Below, one piece after another: positions 9,437-19,696 of a stretch of 64,000 nucleotides of DNA. Origin of the DNA: a virus. Lineage: Duplodnaviria; Caudoviricetes. Positions within the stretch are counted from its first letter, which is position 1. Every line of letters begins with the position of its first letter. The position numbers and the translations under genes are program-made. Location: IMG/VR virus record IMGVR_UViG_3300036713_000599; one strand, 5' to 3'. The notes below the pieces were generated by a model that was not told the origin of the DNA, did not search any database, and worked only from the letters and a program-made list of their open reading frames with translations.

Positions 9437-11671
9437 ATGGCTGACTGGAAGTCCTTCACTATACAAGTTCCGGGCAAGGACTTCATGGAGCCTGTCCGGG
9501 ATGTCCTGGAGAGTCTCCTTATCTACTTGGAGGTTCTCAAGGCCATTCTGGAGACGATCAAGTTGTTCTTGGTCGATTTTGGCAATCCCATCAGGGCTCT
9601 TGTCGAGGCTTTGATCAAGCTCATTGAGGAGTTGTTCCTTGCTTTAAAGCAGAGCGGCTTTTTCATGTATCTCGATGTGCCCAACCCGATAGATGACCCC
9701 AATTTCGACTGGACAAGGGGAGGCTATCCTGCTTTCGTGAACCGTTTTAAAGCGAGCTTGTTTGACAGCAAGGACTTCAATCGACCGCAGCCGAGGGGCT
9801 CCAATAAGGGCGGATTTGTTCTTCTCATGGTCGATGCGACCACTCCGTGGCAGCTTATACAGGCCGTTGCTCGTCTTCTGTCCTTTTTTGGGAAAGGCTT
9901 CGAGCGACCCCAGTATCTCGCCCCGAATAATTTCAAGGTCTTGCCTGTGGGGGCAGACGGGGATCCTATTCTCGCAGCAGCGAATGTTTTTACCTCGGGA
10001 CCGATTGAATCTATCCAGCTTCAGTGGACGCCCCCCACCACTCAAGAAAGTCCTGACTCTGGCTTCGAAGATGTCATACAGAAGGTGTACCGCGAGTTAG
10101 TCCCGCCATCCTTCCTAATCGGCCGATCAACGATCAATCCTGCTTCTCGTCGGATCGATATCTCGGACTTAGGTACTCCTGAGGCAGTGGGTATCGTCGA
10201 GTTCGATCGGGAGACGGAGATCCGAGCCTCGAACGGGCAGCGGGCCACGCGGAGAGAGGTTCTTCGAGACGATAGTGGGGAACCTGTTATCAAGTTTGAA
10301 AGCTACCTTGTTGCCCCCATTGGTACCCGGCTTCTTGGGGCTGCCGGTAAGTATCGATTTCTTGACAATAATGTCGTGACTGATGAGGACTACTACTACC
10401 AGGTTCGAGCCTTTATCGGAAGCCTTGATTACAACGAGGAAACTGGTCAAATCAACTTCCCAACCTCAGTAGATGCCCTACAGATCTCCAAGCACGGCAA
10501 CAATACGTCAATCCCCGTCATGCCCTGGCCGGCGACGTCTTCGAATTTGGCGGACGTTGTGTCTATGGGTCTCCCTACTCTTACCCTTAAGACGCGGATT
10601 CCAGTCGATGTGGGGGACTTTGACGTCATCGAGAACCTTACGGCACTTTTTGAGGTGGCCTTCTCACTTGACTTCCACGAAGAACTTCCAGTAGACGAAG
10701 AAGGCAGATCTATATATTCGTTCGATCAAGACGGCCTACCTCTTGGCACGGAAACGCCTAACTCAGCTATAGGTAAGGGGAGCCTAACAAGTGTGTCGGG
10801 TATTCTAGCTGGGCTTCCTTCGCTTCCAATTCTTAATCTTCTTCAAGATTTGGAGGCACTTGGGAAGAGCTACCAACCGGACGAGATTTCAGGAACGTAT
10901 CCTGACATGCCGTGGACAACGTTCAATGTACAGAGGCGAGCGGCCCAACTTGCTGACGCGGTTGGGACGGCTATGCTCCAGGCCGGGACTGTTTCGGCAT
11001 TTCGTGACATTATGCGTTCACTGCCGAGAGGGCAGATTGATGTCATTCATCTGTCTGACCTCGACACTTTGGAAGAGGTGGTTTTCCGAGCTACTGAGTC
11101 TGAGGATTACGTGATTCCTGGGTCATTCCTCGATGTAGAGACGCGTGCGACATTTGAATCGGTTAAAGTATATGTGGAGGGTTACGCTGATGTCACGTAC
11201 CGATTGAGCATTCTTGATGTGATCAATTTCATCAAGAGTTTTACCCTTGGGGGAGTACCGCCAGACTGGATCAGCGTCGCCCCATTGAGGGATATCATTC
11301 CGTGGTCGGGTAGTTTCTTGTATGATCTTTTGGACAAAATTCAGGCGCTGCTTGATGCATTCAACGGAGTAATACAGGAAATTCGTGATTTTATTGATTT
11401 GGTTATTCGGAAAATCGAGGTTCTAGAGGAATTCATAGAGTTCCTGATAAGCTTGCTTGATTTTATAGAGTCCTTGGAAATTGGGGCATTCGTCCTGAAT
11501 TCAGGAGACGTCGAGGGCACGGCTACTGCTTGGGTGAATGTCTTGGACACTGCCGGAGGTACTTTACCTGCCACTGGAGCGGCAGGTTATTCTGCGGGTG
11601 TGGGTTTAGCTTATGTGGCTCCTGATGTGGAGGCTTTCCGGGAAGCTTTCGATATTATTTTTGGAAGTTGA
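9437..11671 (+). CDS. Baseplate-region structural protein with terminal amphipathic helices and a central FN3-like domain, 744 aa
   Basis: SD-like GGAAGG upstream. Long amphipathic helices at both ends; central IQLQWTPP...YRFLDNNV...YYYQVRAF resembles fibronectin type III. Confidence 0.75.
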   Translation: MADWKSFTIQVPGKDFMEPVRDVLESLLIYLEVLKAILETIKLFLVDFGNPIRALVEALIKLIEELFLALKQSGFFMYLDVPNPIDDPNFDWTRGGYPAFVNRFKASLFDSKDFNRPQPRGSNKGGFVLLMVDATTPWQLIQAVARLLSFFGKGFERPQYLAPNNFKVLPVGADGDPILAAANVFTSGPIESIQLQWTPPTTQESPDSGFEDVIQKVYRELVPPSFLIGRSTINPASRRIDISDLGTPEAVGIVEFDRETEIRASNGQRATRREVLRDDSGEPVIKFESYLVAPIGTRLLGAAGKYRFLDNNVVTDEDYYYQVRAFIGSLDYNEETGQINFPTSVDALQISKHGNNTSIPVMPWPATSSNLADVVSMGLPTLTLKTRIPVDVGDFDVIENLTALFEVAFSLDFHEELPVDEEGRSIYSFDQDGLPLGTETPNSAIGKGSLTSVSGILAGLPSLPILNLLQDLEALGKSYQPDEISGTYPDMPWTTFNVQRRAAQLADAVGTAMLQAGTVSAFRDIMRSLPRGQIDVIHLSDLDTLEEVVFRATESEDYVIPGSFLDVETRATFESVKVYVEGYADVTYRLSILDVINFIKSFTLGGVPPDWISVAPLRDIIPWSGSFLYDLLDKIQALLDAFNGVIQEIRDFIDLVIRKIEVLEEFIEFLISLLDFIESLEIGAFVLNSGDVEGTATAWVNVLDTAGGTLPATGAAGYSAGVGLAYVAPDVEAFREAFDIIFGS

Positions 11672-11700
11672 GGATCATTTTGGGTACGGACTAGGTAAAC

Positions 11701-12474
11701 ATGTTTGAGTTTAAGGGAACCTTCAATCAGAGTCAGTTTGAACGATTCCTTGCGTTTGCTCGGGCTCAGTTGCCCCTTGTCAATGCTCGTGTGAATCATA
11801 TTGATGCGGAAATAGCCCGTATTGGCATCGTCTTTTTTAAGTTGGACAGGGGTGTGGCTCAAGGGTACTCCGCCCGTCCCTCTGGATCTTACCTTGCGAA
11901 ACTTCTCGCCGCTTATGAGGTTCTTGGAGGTAACCCTCTGATCGATCTACGTCTTCGTCTAAAAACGAATCCTGTTCATTTTGTCCGAGGCGATGAATCT
12001 ACAGGAGGGTCTCAGTACACTTCCGGAGGGGAGCCCATTGGAGGTAAGGGTCTAATCGACGGCCCTACTTCCCTTCTGATGGATCAGGCTCGGGGATGGC
12101 TGGATGACACATTACATTATAGGTTCGCTAGACTAGAGCGGAAAATTCGCAGAGCCTTGGATTATGCTGACCAGCTCCAAGAAGAAAAACAGAATCTTGT
12201 GGTGTTGCAGCTTGCTGCGAGCACAGAGGGTTCGCTGGAATACATTGCTGCTCGAATCCAAGAACATTTGTCGGACCCCAATTACCGCCCCTGCTATAAT
12301 GACCAGTTTCAGGGTAAACGTGATCCTGAAGGTAAGCTCGTCTATGCGAAGTACGCCGCCTACGACATCGACGAACCTTTGTTCCCTAATATGGGTGGTA
12401 CTCGCACTGCTACCTCTCCGCAAAAGCAGGGCAGCGGTGTATATGAGCCTGGTGAGGGAGGGCGGAACACATGA
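11701..12474 (+). CDS. Hypothetical helical virion protein, 257 aa
   Basis: Long ORF in the structural cluster; coiled-coil-like segment; ATGA overlap with the next gene. Confidence 0.75.
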   Translation: MFEFKGTFNQSQFERFLAFARAQLPLVNARVNHIDAEIARIGIVFFKLDRGVAQGYSARPSGSYLAKLLAAYEVLGGNPLIDLRLRLKTNPVHFVRGDESTGGSQYTSGGEPIGGKGLIDGPTSLLMDQARGWLDDTLHYRFARLERKIRRALDYADQLQEEKQNLVVLQLAASTEGSLEYIAARIQEHLSDPNYRPCYNDQFQGKRDPEGKLVYAKYAAYDIDEPLFPNMGGTRTATSPQKQGSGVYEPGEGGRNT

Positions 12475-13610
12475 GCTACGACCGTAAGATCGACAGAGTT
12501 TGTTCACATCAGGTTGTCGAAGAGGCGTTGTTTTTTGGAAACGACCGTACGACGGTTCAGCCACTTCGGCCAGTAGGTGCGATTCAGTCGATGAAGGTGC
12601 GGTTCAATGGCCTCATGGATGTTCCTTCTGAGGGGGCTAGGGTTGCGGCACAAGCTATTGCTTCTAACAAAGGTCCTTTTGATATTCAGGCGGGCGTGAA
12701 CGACACTTTTGTGGTTCTTGTTAATGGGCGAGAGCAGACGGTCACGGTAACACCAGGGTCTCAGCTCACTGCTGGTCAGGTAGCCTTTGACCTGAATCGG
12801 TTGGTGAGCCAAGCAATCTTCTATGTTTCCAACAAGGGACGTATCCGAATGCGAACGGGCCTTAAGGGCAGCAAGGCCTCTCTGTTCATAAGGTCGTCCA
12901 GCACATTGGCTGCGACGTTGGGATTTACGATGGATCGTATGTGGAGGGGCCAAACAATTATCCCTGGCTGGAGCTTGGTACGAGACCCCAATACTTTGAA
13001 TGATCGTCCTTCTCGATTCGTGGTGTTCGATTCCCCTGCTAGTGGCACGAGTGACTTCGTTGAGTTGACCTACACTACTATTCGGCAAGAGTGTCGTCGC
13101 TGTGGTGGAACTGGGGTCGAAAATGATTGGGTTTACGGCTCTACCGGCGAGGTCGTCCAAGTGAGGGACGAAGCCTTACTGATTCAAGAAATTCTGAAGA
13201 TGGCCTACACGGAGAGAGGAAGTAATCCTTTCCATGAGTGGTATGGGTCAAACTTGCTCCGGACCATAGGTAAGAAAATTAGCAGTAGTGGGCTTGTGCA
13301 AAACCTCGTCGTGGCGGATATCAGTGAGGCTTTTCGTCGTTGGCAGGCCATTAAGCGTAAGCAGGAAGAGGAAGTAGGGCAGGTTGTCACGGACTCGGAA
13401 TTCCCCTTCCGTTTGCTTAACATTTCGCTTATACAGAGTCAGCAGGACCCGACGGTCATGTTTGTGGATGCGACGGTACAAAACCGATCACGGCAACCTA
13501 TTCAAATTGAACGGGGAATCAAGGTCCCCGGGCCCGTTGATCTTCTTGGGGCAACAGCACAACAAGGGGTCTTCCGCCAATCCCTTTCGGACTACACGCT
13601 CATAGGATAG
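12471..13610 (+). CDS. Baseplate wedge gp25/gpW-like protein with N-terminal extension and CxxC motif, 379 aa
   Basis: The C-terminal region (EALLIQEILKMAYTERGSNPFHEWYGSNL) matches the gp25/W pattern 'L-T-x-x-G-E-R-x-F-x-P-x-Y-G-S-x-L'. Directly upstream of the J-like gene. CRRCGGTG at ~13092. Confidence 0.8.
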   Translation: MSYDRKIDRVCSHQVVEEALFFGNDRTTVQPLRPVGAIQSMKVRFNGLMDVPSEGARVAAQAIASNKGPFDIQAGVNDTFVVLVNGREQTVTVTPGSQLTAGQVAFDLNRLVSQAIFYVSNKGRIRMRTGLKGSKASLFIRSSSTLAATLGFTMDRMWRGQTIIPGWSLVRDPNTLNDRPSRFVVFDSPASGTSDFVELTYTTIRQECRRCGGTGVENDWVYGSTGEVVQVRDEALLIQEILKMAYTERGSNPFHEWYGSNLLRTIGKKISSSGLVQNLVVADISEAFRRWQAIKRKQEEEVGQVVTDSEFPFRLLNISLIQSQQDPTVMFVDATVQNRSRQPIQIERGIKVPGPVDLLGATAQQGVFRQSLSDYTLIG

Positions 13611-13614
13611 TAGG

Positions 13615-16600
13615 ATGACGATAGCTCCTCAGATCAATCTTAGAGACGGCTCAGGGTCGGCCCAGGATGTAGTTTTTACCACGAACTTGAGGCATATTAC
13701 CCTGACGGGGACGATTGACACAAATATCGTCGACCTTCAGGTGTCTCTTAATGGGGGGACTTTTGTTTCAGACCCTACCCTTGTACTGCTTGATGGTGCC
13801 TCTTGGACTTTCCCGAATCCTGCTTCATATCCTGACGGGTATCCTCTGGAAATAGGGTTAAATACTGCACAGTTTCGGGGTATTGATCTTGTCGGGAGCC
13901 TTAGTCCTACGGCGTCTGTGGAAATGACTCGGGTTGATGAGGTCACCCAAGAGGTCAGCATTCCTAGTGGAGTAAAAATTCGCAGGCGTCGAGACACTGT
14001 TGATGTCTTGGCATCTCGACCTGTGGTGGCTGCAAATGCGACCACAGGTCTGGAAGTTAGTGGGTTCGAGTTCCGTGGGTTCAATATTTACGCGTCTACG
14101 TCTCCAGGAGGCACTACTGGCTACTTCAGGATTAATGAGTCTGTCGTTACAGGAGCTTCGACGTACTATGAAGAGGAGTTGGTTGATGTAGCCACTGACA
14201 GTCTATCGTTTACGGCTACTACAACAAACGTTCGAATCTTGATTACCGAGGAAAACCCTTTCGGTGAGACTGTTACAACCCTCGTGGACAATCTTGTAGA
14301 TGTGTTTGGGTACGCAGACACTTTGCAAACAAATTATTCTCTTCAGGAAGCAATCCGTACCGAGTACATTTTCTTTCGGCACAATAGGGCTGGTGGTGCA
14401 GGGATTATCAATTCTGACCAGTTCTCAGATGTGGAGGACAGTGATCCGCTGTACTATGTTGTGACAGCTGTCTACTATGACCCTACCCAGAGAATTGAGT
14501 TCGAAACCCCTTACAGTCAAGAGATTCTGGGTAAGCCTCTGATCATAGACACTACACTCAGAGATTTACCTGATCGGACACAGCTTCAAGTCTCACTTAG
14601 TTTTCTTGATGCGATTCAACGAGTTAACGAGGAAATTAGTCTCGTTCCTGGTTCCACGACCCGAGATGTGTCGATCGACCCGTTTGCGTCTGAGGCCGAG
14701 AGAATTTGGTTCATCCTCGACTTCGTGCACAGGTCGCAGAGCTTCCTCACTCTCATGTCTGTTGATGACGCCAACGGGGACGAGGTGTCCGATGCTGTTG
14801 AGTCTTCCTCGTACAAGTCGGCGATCAAAGCAGCCCTGGGCTTCACGACGGATATTGCTGTCCAGCAGCTTATTGATACGCAGTTTGAGAAGTTAGCTGG
14901 CAACTTTCAACGTAGACGACTTGCGGGCAGGTCAGCTACGGGTCAGGTTGTGTTTTTCGCAACCACGAGGCCCACGCAAGACATTGTCGTCGTATCAGGC
15001 ACCGTTGCTTTCACCTCAGACGGGGTCCGTTTTCTTGTGAGCGGTACGTATGTTTTACCAGCAGCGGACGCGGACGCTTACTACAACTTCGACACGCAGC
15101 GTTATGAGCTAATTGCTGCGATTACGGCAGAGACTCCTGGAGCTAATGGTAATGTGCCTGCAGGCACTATCACGGGTTTCCAGTCGACTTCTTCGACAGG
15201 TAACGTAAGCGTCACGAACACTGAGGCTACTGTTTTTGGCACGGATCGGGAAAGTAACCACGATTTGGCTGTTAGGGCACAGCTTGGCTTCGTGTCGGTC
15301 GATAAGGGCACAGAGGGGGGTTATGCGGCGACCGCGGCTGAGCAGGTAGGCATTGTTCGAGCTAAGATTGTGAAGTCCGGTGATGCCCTCATGATGCGGG
15401 ACTACGATGATGTCCGAGGGAAACATATTGGCGGTAAGGTCGATGTGTGGGTCCAGGGCATCCGAGAGAGGACTGTCACTGAGACATTTGCTTTCGCTTT
15501 TGAGGTTCTTCGTGACACCCAGTGCCAAATTGTGGATGCGGCTAATCTCATTTTTCGTGTGACAGCGTCGGAAGTTGCCGACGAAACCCCTCTTGTGGAA
15601 ATCTTGGATAATTCCGCTCAAGGGCTCGGGGTTCGAAATGTTACTCAAGGGATCGATTACGACCTCACAGGCGTGACTATCGTCGACTATCAAACGTTCC
15701 AGGTAAACTCAGGTATCCAGACGTTTACCACTGCGGTTGACGACGTTATTCGAGCGGATGTTCGATACCGTAGCGTCAATAGGTTTACCCCGACACTACA
15801 GCCTGTAAGAAGAGTTACGTCTGTTGTGGGGGAGGTGTCGGGGACTTTGTCTACTACAGAGGGCTATGACTTGTACAAGACGGAGGACCCTCTGTGGAAC
15901 GGAGAAAGTACTATTGCCCGGGACTACATCTCTATCAATCAGGTGGGTGGAGTACCGTCTGGTGACGTCATTACGGTGAACAACGAAACGCACGTTATGG
16001 TTGGTTTCTTTCAGGAGAAGCTCGCATCTATCGGTATCAATACGGCAACTCTCAGAGTATTTTCTGAGGACAGGATGACTGAATACGACGGCCCTGGTAC
16101 GACGGCCCCCGACTTTGAAATCGTTGAGGGCACAGCAATTACACCAGCCTCCATTGTTCGTACGACTACTTCAGCTATCGTTAGCGGTCAGACGGTGAGT
16201 GTTGATTACGATCACGATGAGAACTTTGTCGTGACGTACGTCATCAATGACTTGCTTCAGGAGTTTCAGCGATCTCTGAATACACAGCGTCACACGACGG
16301 CGGATGTTCTCGCCAAACAAACTATTTTGAACTCGGTCGACTTGGAGACAACTATCCAGCTTAAGTCAGGGGCATCCAAAGACTCTACTGATCCTCTTGT
16401 TCGCACCAGCGTCTCGACTGAGTTGAACCAGAAGCTCATTGGGCAAGGTTCGGCTCAATCGGACCTGATTAATGCCATAGATTCCACTAAGGGGGTGGAC
16501 TTCCAGGTTATTCCTCTCGCCAAGATGGGTTACGCAGACGGTTCACAGAAAATGCGAGAACGTCTCTTCAATTCTTATGCTCGTGTCTCTTCTCTTGATT

Positions 16601-17058
16601 CAGGGGACAACCGAGCGTTTATTCTCATCAATGCATTGCAGTACCCTACCATTGATGGCGGGGGTCCGGTGACCATGCATCGGGGTGTATTTCAGGACGA
16701 CGTTGCGATGACTTTGTCCCCTACTCTTGGAGTGGTGGGCAGTTTTACCGCAGGTGCCTATATCATCGGGGCTGGCGGGGCTTCGATCACAGGTTACAGC
16801 GATGACGCGACAATTACGTCTGAGACGGGACTCACCGATCCGGATGACATTGAGGCTGAGAGGTTGGAGAGGACGGCCAATCATGTGATTGTGAGCTTAG
16901 CGACAGGCGGCACATCAGCGGACGAGCCGACCAACCACGATTATGCTGCGAGCTATGTGATTTATGACGATCGTGGTCCCCATGACCTCCAGTCGTCAGA
17001 AGTGGAGAGTTTGGACCTCGGAGAGTTAACGTTAACTTTTAGATCTGCGAATAGCTAG
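13615..17058 (+). CDS. Baseplate J-like (T4 gp6 / P2 gpJ) wedge protein with N-terminal Ig/FN3-like extension, 1147 aa
   Basis: Baseplate-J hallmarks: PGSTTRD, ATGQVVF, AETPGANGNVPAGTIT, VTNTEATVFGTDRES, GTEGGY, GGKVDVWV. Confidence 0.88.
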   Translation: MTIAPQINLRDGSGSAQDVVFTTNLRHITLTGTIDTNIVDLQVSLNGGTFVSDPTLVLLDGASWTFPNPASYPDGYPLEIGLNTAQFRGIDLVGSLSPTASVEMTRVDEVTQEVSIPSGVKIRRRRDTVDVLASRPVVAANATTGLEVSGFEFRGFNIYASTSPGGTTGYFRINESVVTGASTYYEEELVDVATDSLSFTATTTNVRILITEENPFGETVTTLVDNLVDVFGYADTLQTNYSLQEAIRTEYIFFRHNRAGGAGIINSDQFSDVEDSDPLYYVVTAVYYDPTQRIEFETPYSQEILGKPLIIDTTLRDLPDRTQLQVSLSFLDAIQRVNEEISLVPGSTTRDVSIDPFASEAERIWFILDFVHRSQSFLTLMSVDDANGDEVSDAVESSSYKSAIKAALGFTTDIAVQQLIDTQFEKLAGNFQRRRLAGRSATGQVVFFATTRPTQDIVVVSGTVAFTSDGVRFLVSGTYVLPAADADAYYNFDTQRYELIAAITAETPGANGNVPAGTITGFQSTSSTGNVSVTNTEATVFGTDRESNHDLAVRAQLGFVSVDKGTEGGYAATAAEQVGIVRAKIVKSGDALMMRDYDDVRGKHIGGKVDVWVQGIRERTVTETFAFAFEVLRDTQCQIVDAANLIFRVTASEVADETPLVEILDNSAQGLGVRNVTQGIDYDLTGVTIVDYQTFQVNSGIQTFTTAVDDVIRADVRYRSVNRFTPTLQPVRRVTSVVGEVSGTLSTTEGYDLYKTEDPLWNGESTIARDYISINQVGGVPSGDVITVNNETHVMVGFFQEKLASIGINTATLRVFSEDRMTEYDGPGTTAPDFEIVEGTAITPASIVRTTTSAIVSGQTVSVDYDHDENFVVTYVINDLLQEFQRSLNTQRHTTADVLAKQTILNSVDLETTIQLKSGASKDSTDPLVRTSVSTELNQKLIGQGSAQSDLINAIDSTKGVDFQVIPLAKMGYADGSQKMRERLFNSYARVSSLDSGDNRAFILINALQYPTIDGGGPVTMHRGVFQDDVAMTLSPTLGVVGSFTAGAYIIGAGGASITGYSDDATITSETGLTDPDDIEAERLERTANHVIVSLATGGTSADEPTNHDYAASYVIYDDRGPHDLQSSEVESLDLGELTLTFRSANS

Positions 17059-17067
17059 GTACCTGTC

Positions 17068-17874
17068 ATGGCACGCTTTAAAATCGATCCTGCTCGCGTG
17101 AACTTCAACATCGAGCGACGAGGCAAGGAATACAACCTCAGGGTCGTACAGCGTGCTCAGACTATTTTTTCCACCCTCTTAGGGTTGTTGCCTTCGAATT
17201 ACATCAGCAGCATACAGGGACCCAACTATACCCTCGAACTCAAGGCTGTCGCTGTTGAGCTAGCTAAAATTGAGTTAGCCATCGAAGACGTGGACATGGA
17301 TTTGGACTATACGAAGACAAGGTCCGACTTCCTGTATTCTATCGTCGGTTACTTGGCGTTTCTCAACGGCCGTTTACCTGGCTTGGACCAAAGTGACGAA
17401 GAGTTCAGATCCTTTTTGATCAATATCATTCGCATTTACTTTCAAGGGTCAACACCTGATTCGATGCAGGATGCCGCGGAACTATTCTTTGACAGCGGCA
17501 CGACTTTAGAAAATTTTATACTACAACGGGCAGGGGTGTCGGGACTTGATATTTCGGACCAATTTGGGTTCCAGGTAGACATCGCTACAGGCGGGGTTTT
17601 TCCTTCGAACGTGTTCGAACTACAGAGGGCTCTCAAGTTGATCCTCGACATTATCCGTCCTGCCCATACGCTTTTTCGAATTAGGTACATTTTCACGGAC
17701 GATTACAATCCCAATGACCCCGAAGGACGAATTCTGGACGAGTATCGGTGGCGGATGGCAAATTATTACTACGAGGATTTTCGGTCCTACTGGTGTGGTA
17801 TGAGGGACCGTGATAGGTTGGGGAAGAAGGTTAACCAAACAGTTACAGGTGAGGACCACTCATCGGACTTTTGA
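17068..17874 (+). CDS. Baseplate wedge gpI-like (tail protein I type) protein, 268 aa
   Basis: Follows the J-like gene. SDEEFRSFL...QGSTPDSM and IIRPAHTLF resemble the 'D-x-x-(Y/F)-R...G-G/S-T' and '(K/R)-P-A-H' motifs of gpI/DUF2313-type proteins. Confidence 0.7.
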   Translation: MARFKIDPARVNFNIERRGKEYNLRVVQRAQTIFSTLLGLLPSNYISSIQGPNYTLELKAVAVELAKIELAIEDVDMDLDYTKTRSDFLYSIVGYLAFLNGRLPGLDQSDEEFRSFLINIIRIYFQGSTPDSMQDAAELFFDSGTTLENFILQRAGVSGLDISDQFGFQVDIATGGVFPSNVFELQRALKLILDIIRPAHTLFRIRYIFTDDYNPNDPEGRILDEYRWRMANYYYEDFRSYWCGMRDRDRLGKKVNQTVTGEDHSSDF

Positions 17875-17916
17875 GGTCAGTTCTATTTATGTGCTGGCCT
17901 GAACAGGAGACACCAA

Positions 17917-18423
17917 ATGCAGATTATCATGACAGGCCCCAGAGCAGCTGTTCGAGTCCACCATGAAGTCGCTTATGACTTTGACGAGGATAAAGGCATC
18001 TGGCTTCGGAGGGTAGAAGACGAGGATGAGGTTGTGCATAACCTCATCTTGGATGCGGGCCGTGTGCAGCTCCACTCACAATGTTACGCCACGAGTGGCA
18101 TCTTGACCAACGGGTTCAACTATATCGCTCTGACAAATGATGGGACTGCTCCGGCGGCCGGTGACACAACCCTCACAGGTGAGATAGCTACAGCGGAAGG
18201 CCTTGATCGGGCGCAGGGGACCGTCACTTTACCGACGGGCTCAGGTAACCAGACGACTATTGAGAAGGTCTTTACCTACACTGGTAGCTCACAGGCGGTC
18301 CAGAAGTCCGCTTTGTTTACGGCAGCGTCTGCGGGTGTGATGGCTCATGAGGTACAGTTTGCTTCGAGGTCACTAGCTACCAACGATCAGCTAACTGTGA
18401 CGTACACGATCACACTGGGCTAG
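17917..18423 (+). CDS. Tail-fibre attachment / tail-collar-like protein (P2 gpH N-terminus type), 168 aa
   Basis: AGGAG SD. HNLILDAG...YIALTNDGTAPAAGDTTLTGEI...LTVTYTITLG is the typical pattern of this family. Follows the W-J-I genes. Confidence 0.65.
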   Translation: MQIIMTGPRAAVRVHHEVAYDFDEDKGIWLRRVEDEDEVVHNLILDAGRVQLHSQCYATSGILTNGFNYIALTNDGTAPAAGDTTLTGEIATAEGLDRAQGTVTLPTGSGNQTTIEKVFTYTGSSQAVQKSALFTAASAGVMAHEVQFASRSLATNDQLTVTYTITLG

Positions 18424-18434
18424 TCGTCATTGTT

Positions 18435-18863
18435 TTGGCAGGGAAGGTTGTTGTGTACGATTACGACCGGAGAGCGGCGTCAAAAGTTGTTTGGGTCAAT
18501 GACACCTTGGGGCCTAGACTTACCAAAGGTAAGTTTGGTGCACCTAAACATATAGCGCACCAGGACGCGTCTTGGGCTTGGGCCGTCAAGACTATTTCCA
18601 AGTGGAGAAGTCCCACGAAACAACCAACTTTGTTTTTGCGAGTTCTCCCAATAGACTACGCTACGGACAAACTTCTGCACGATCAGGCTAAGAAATTCCC
18701 TCCCAGTGCTCTGAAGCAGGCTAAAGCGTATGCAAAGGAGCTAGTAACCAACGGAAAGGCTGATGCGGCTGAGGTAGAAGGTTTTGCTTCGGGATTGCCC
18801 GCGTTTTCCTTCGCGGATACCCGATCAATTGAAAAATTCGGTCATTTTGAGCGGCGGGACTAA
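18435..18863 (+). CDS. Basic hypothetical protein (non-fibre-like composition), 142 aa, TTG start
   Basis: Fills the gap exactly, and its TAA overlaps the next ATG (TAATG). Lys/Arg/Ala-rich, unlike its acidic S/T/G-rich neighbours. Confidence 0.6.
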   Translation: MAGKVVVYDYDRRAASKVVWVNDTLGPRLTKGKFGAPKHIAHQDASWAWAVKTISKWRSPTKQPTLFLRVLPIDYATDKLLHDQAKKFPPSALKQAKAYAKELVTNGKADAAEVEGFASGLPAFSFADTRSIEKFGHFERRD

Positions 18864-19696
18864 TGGCGGTAGCACAGTGTCAGTTCACGCAAGGTGGGAC
18901 GGTCGGAGGCGACGGTCAGTCTGTTATAGGGCTCTCTTCCGGTGCCCAGATTACCATGACCGACAAAGCAGGGGCCGGAGCGACCTCTTACTTGTGGGAG
19001 ATCATTAATTGGCCCGCTCCTTTGTCTTCGGCTCCGGTGATTACGAACTCGACGTCGCAGGTTGCAACGGTGACTCCTACCCAGGATGGGATCTACATCG
19101 TCAAGTTGACCCGGACTGATGCGGGTGACGGAACTACAGTGGACACACAGTTCTTCGGTATCGAAGACTCCGAAGGCCACCATCTTCCAGTGGCTGGCAT
19201 GTCCGGGAATATGACCAACGTGGGAGGTTCCCCTACCCTGGCCCAGGCGGCCGGGTGGATGGGCCGGGCGGACGCTTCAACAAATGTCCTGCTAGATGCG
19301 TATCTCCGGTGGTGTAAGGCAGCAGCCCGTAACGTCCAGAGCTTTCCTCTGGTTGCTGGGAAACAGGTTGCCACGAGCAACAGCTGGCTCGTGGTGGGCT
19401 CTTTGCAGTTCGACCCCTCCCAGTACCCTTCCTACGCTACAGCGGCCTTCCAGGTGGCTCTGAGTGTTACCAGTGGGCAGACGGCCGAGGTTCGGCTCTA
19501 CAACGTCACCGACGGTGGAGTGACTGCAAGCTCAACTCAGACGAGTACAAGTCAAACAACGGAGGTCAAATCAGCCACGGTTACGCTGCCTTCAGCTGAG
19601 AAGCTCTACGAGGTCCAACTTCGGCTTGCGAGCCCCAATGGGGGGTCTGACGAGGCTGTATGCTCTGAGGCTCGTCTTATTCTGGCAGGTGTTTGA
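18863..19696 (+). CDS. Fibre scaffold protein (PKD/Ig-like domain + C-terminal beta-sandwich), 277 aa
   Basis: SYLWEIINWP...ATVTPTQDGIYIVKLT is PKD/REJ-like. Paralogous end-to-end to the C-terminal third of 19696..22656 and to both ends of 32350..34551. Confidence 0.75.
   Translation: MAVAQCQFTQGGTVGGDGQSVIGLSSGAQITMTDKAGAGATSYLWEIINWPAPLSSAPVITNSTSQVATVTPTQDGIYIVKLTRTDAGDGTTVDTQFFGIEDSEGHHLPVAGMSGNMTNVGGSPTLAQAAGWMGRADASTNVLLDAYLRWCKAAARNVQSFPLVAGKQVATSNSWLVVGSLQFDPSQYPSYATAAFQVALSVTSGQTAEVRLYNVTDGGVTASSTQTSTSQTTEVKSATVTLPSAEKLYEVQLRLASPNGGSDEAVCSEARLILAGV

Noticed and set aside
460-18423. Bacterial T6SS or extracellular contractile injection system locus
   Set aside because: The baseplate genes are contiguous with holin-like, SNF2 and DnaB-like genes and a huge fibre array. 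No TssJLM/ClpV or Afp15-type ATPase is seen.
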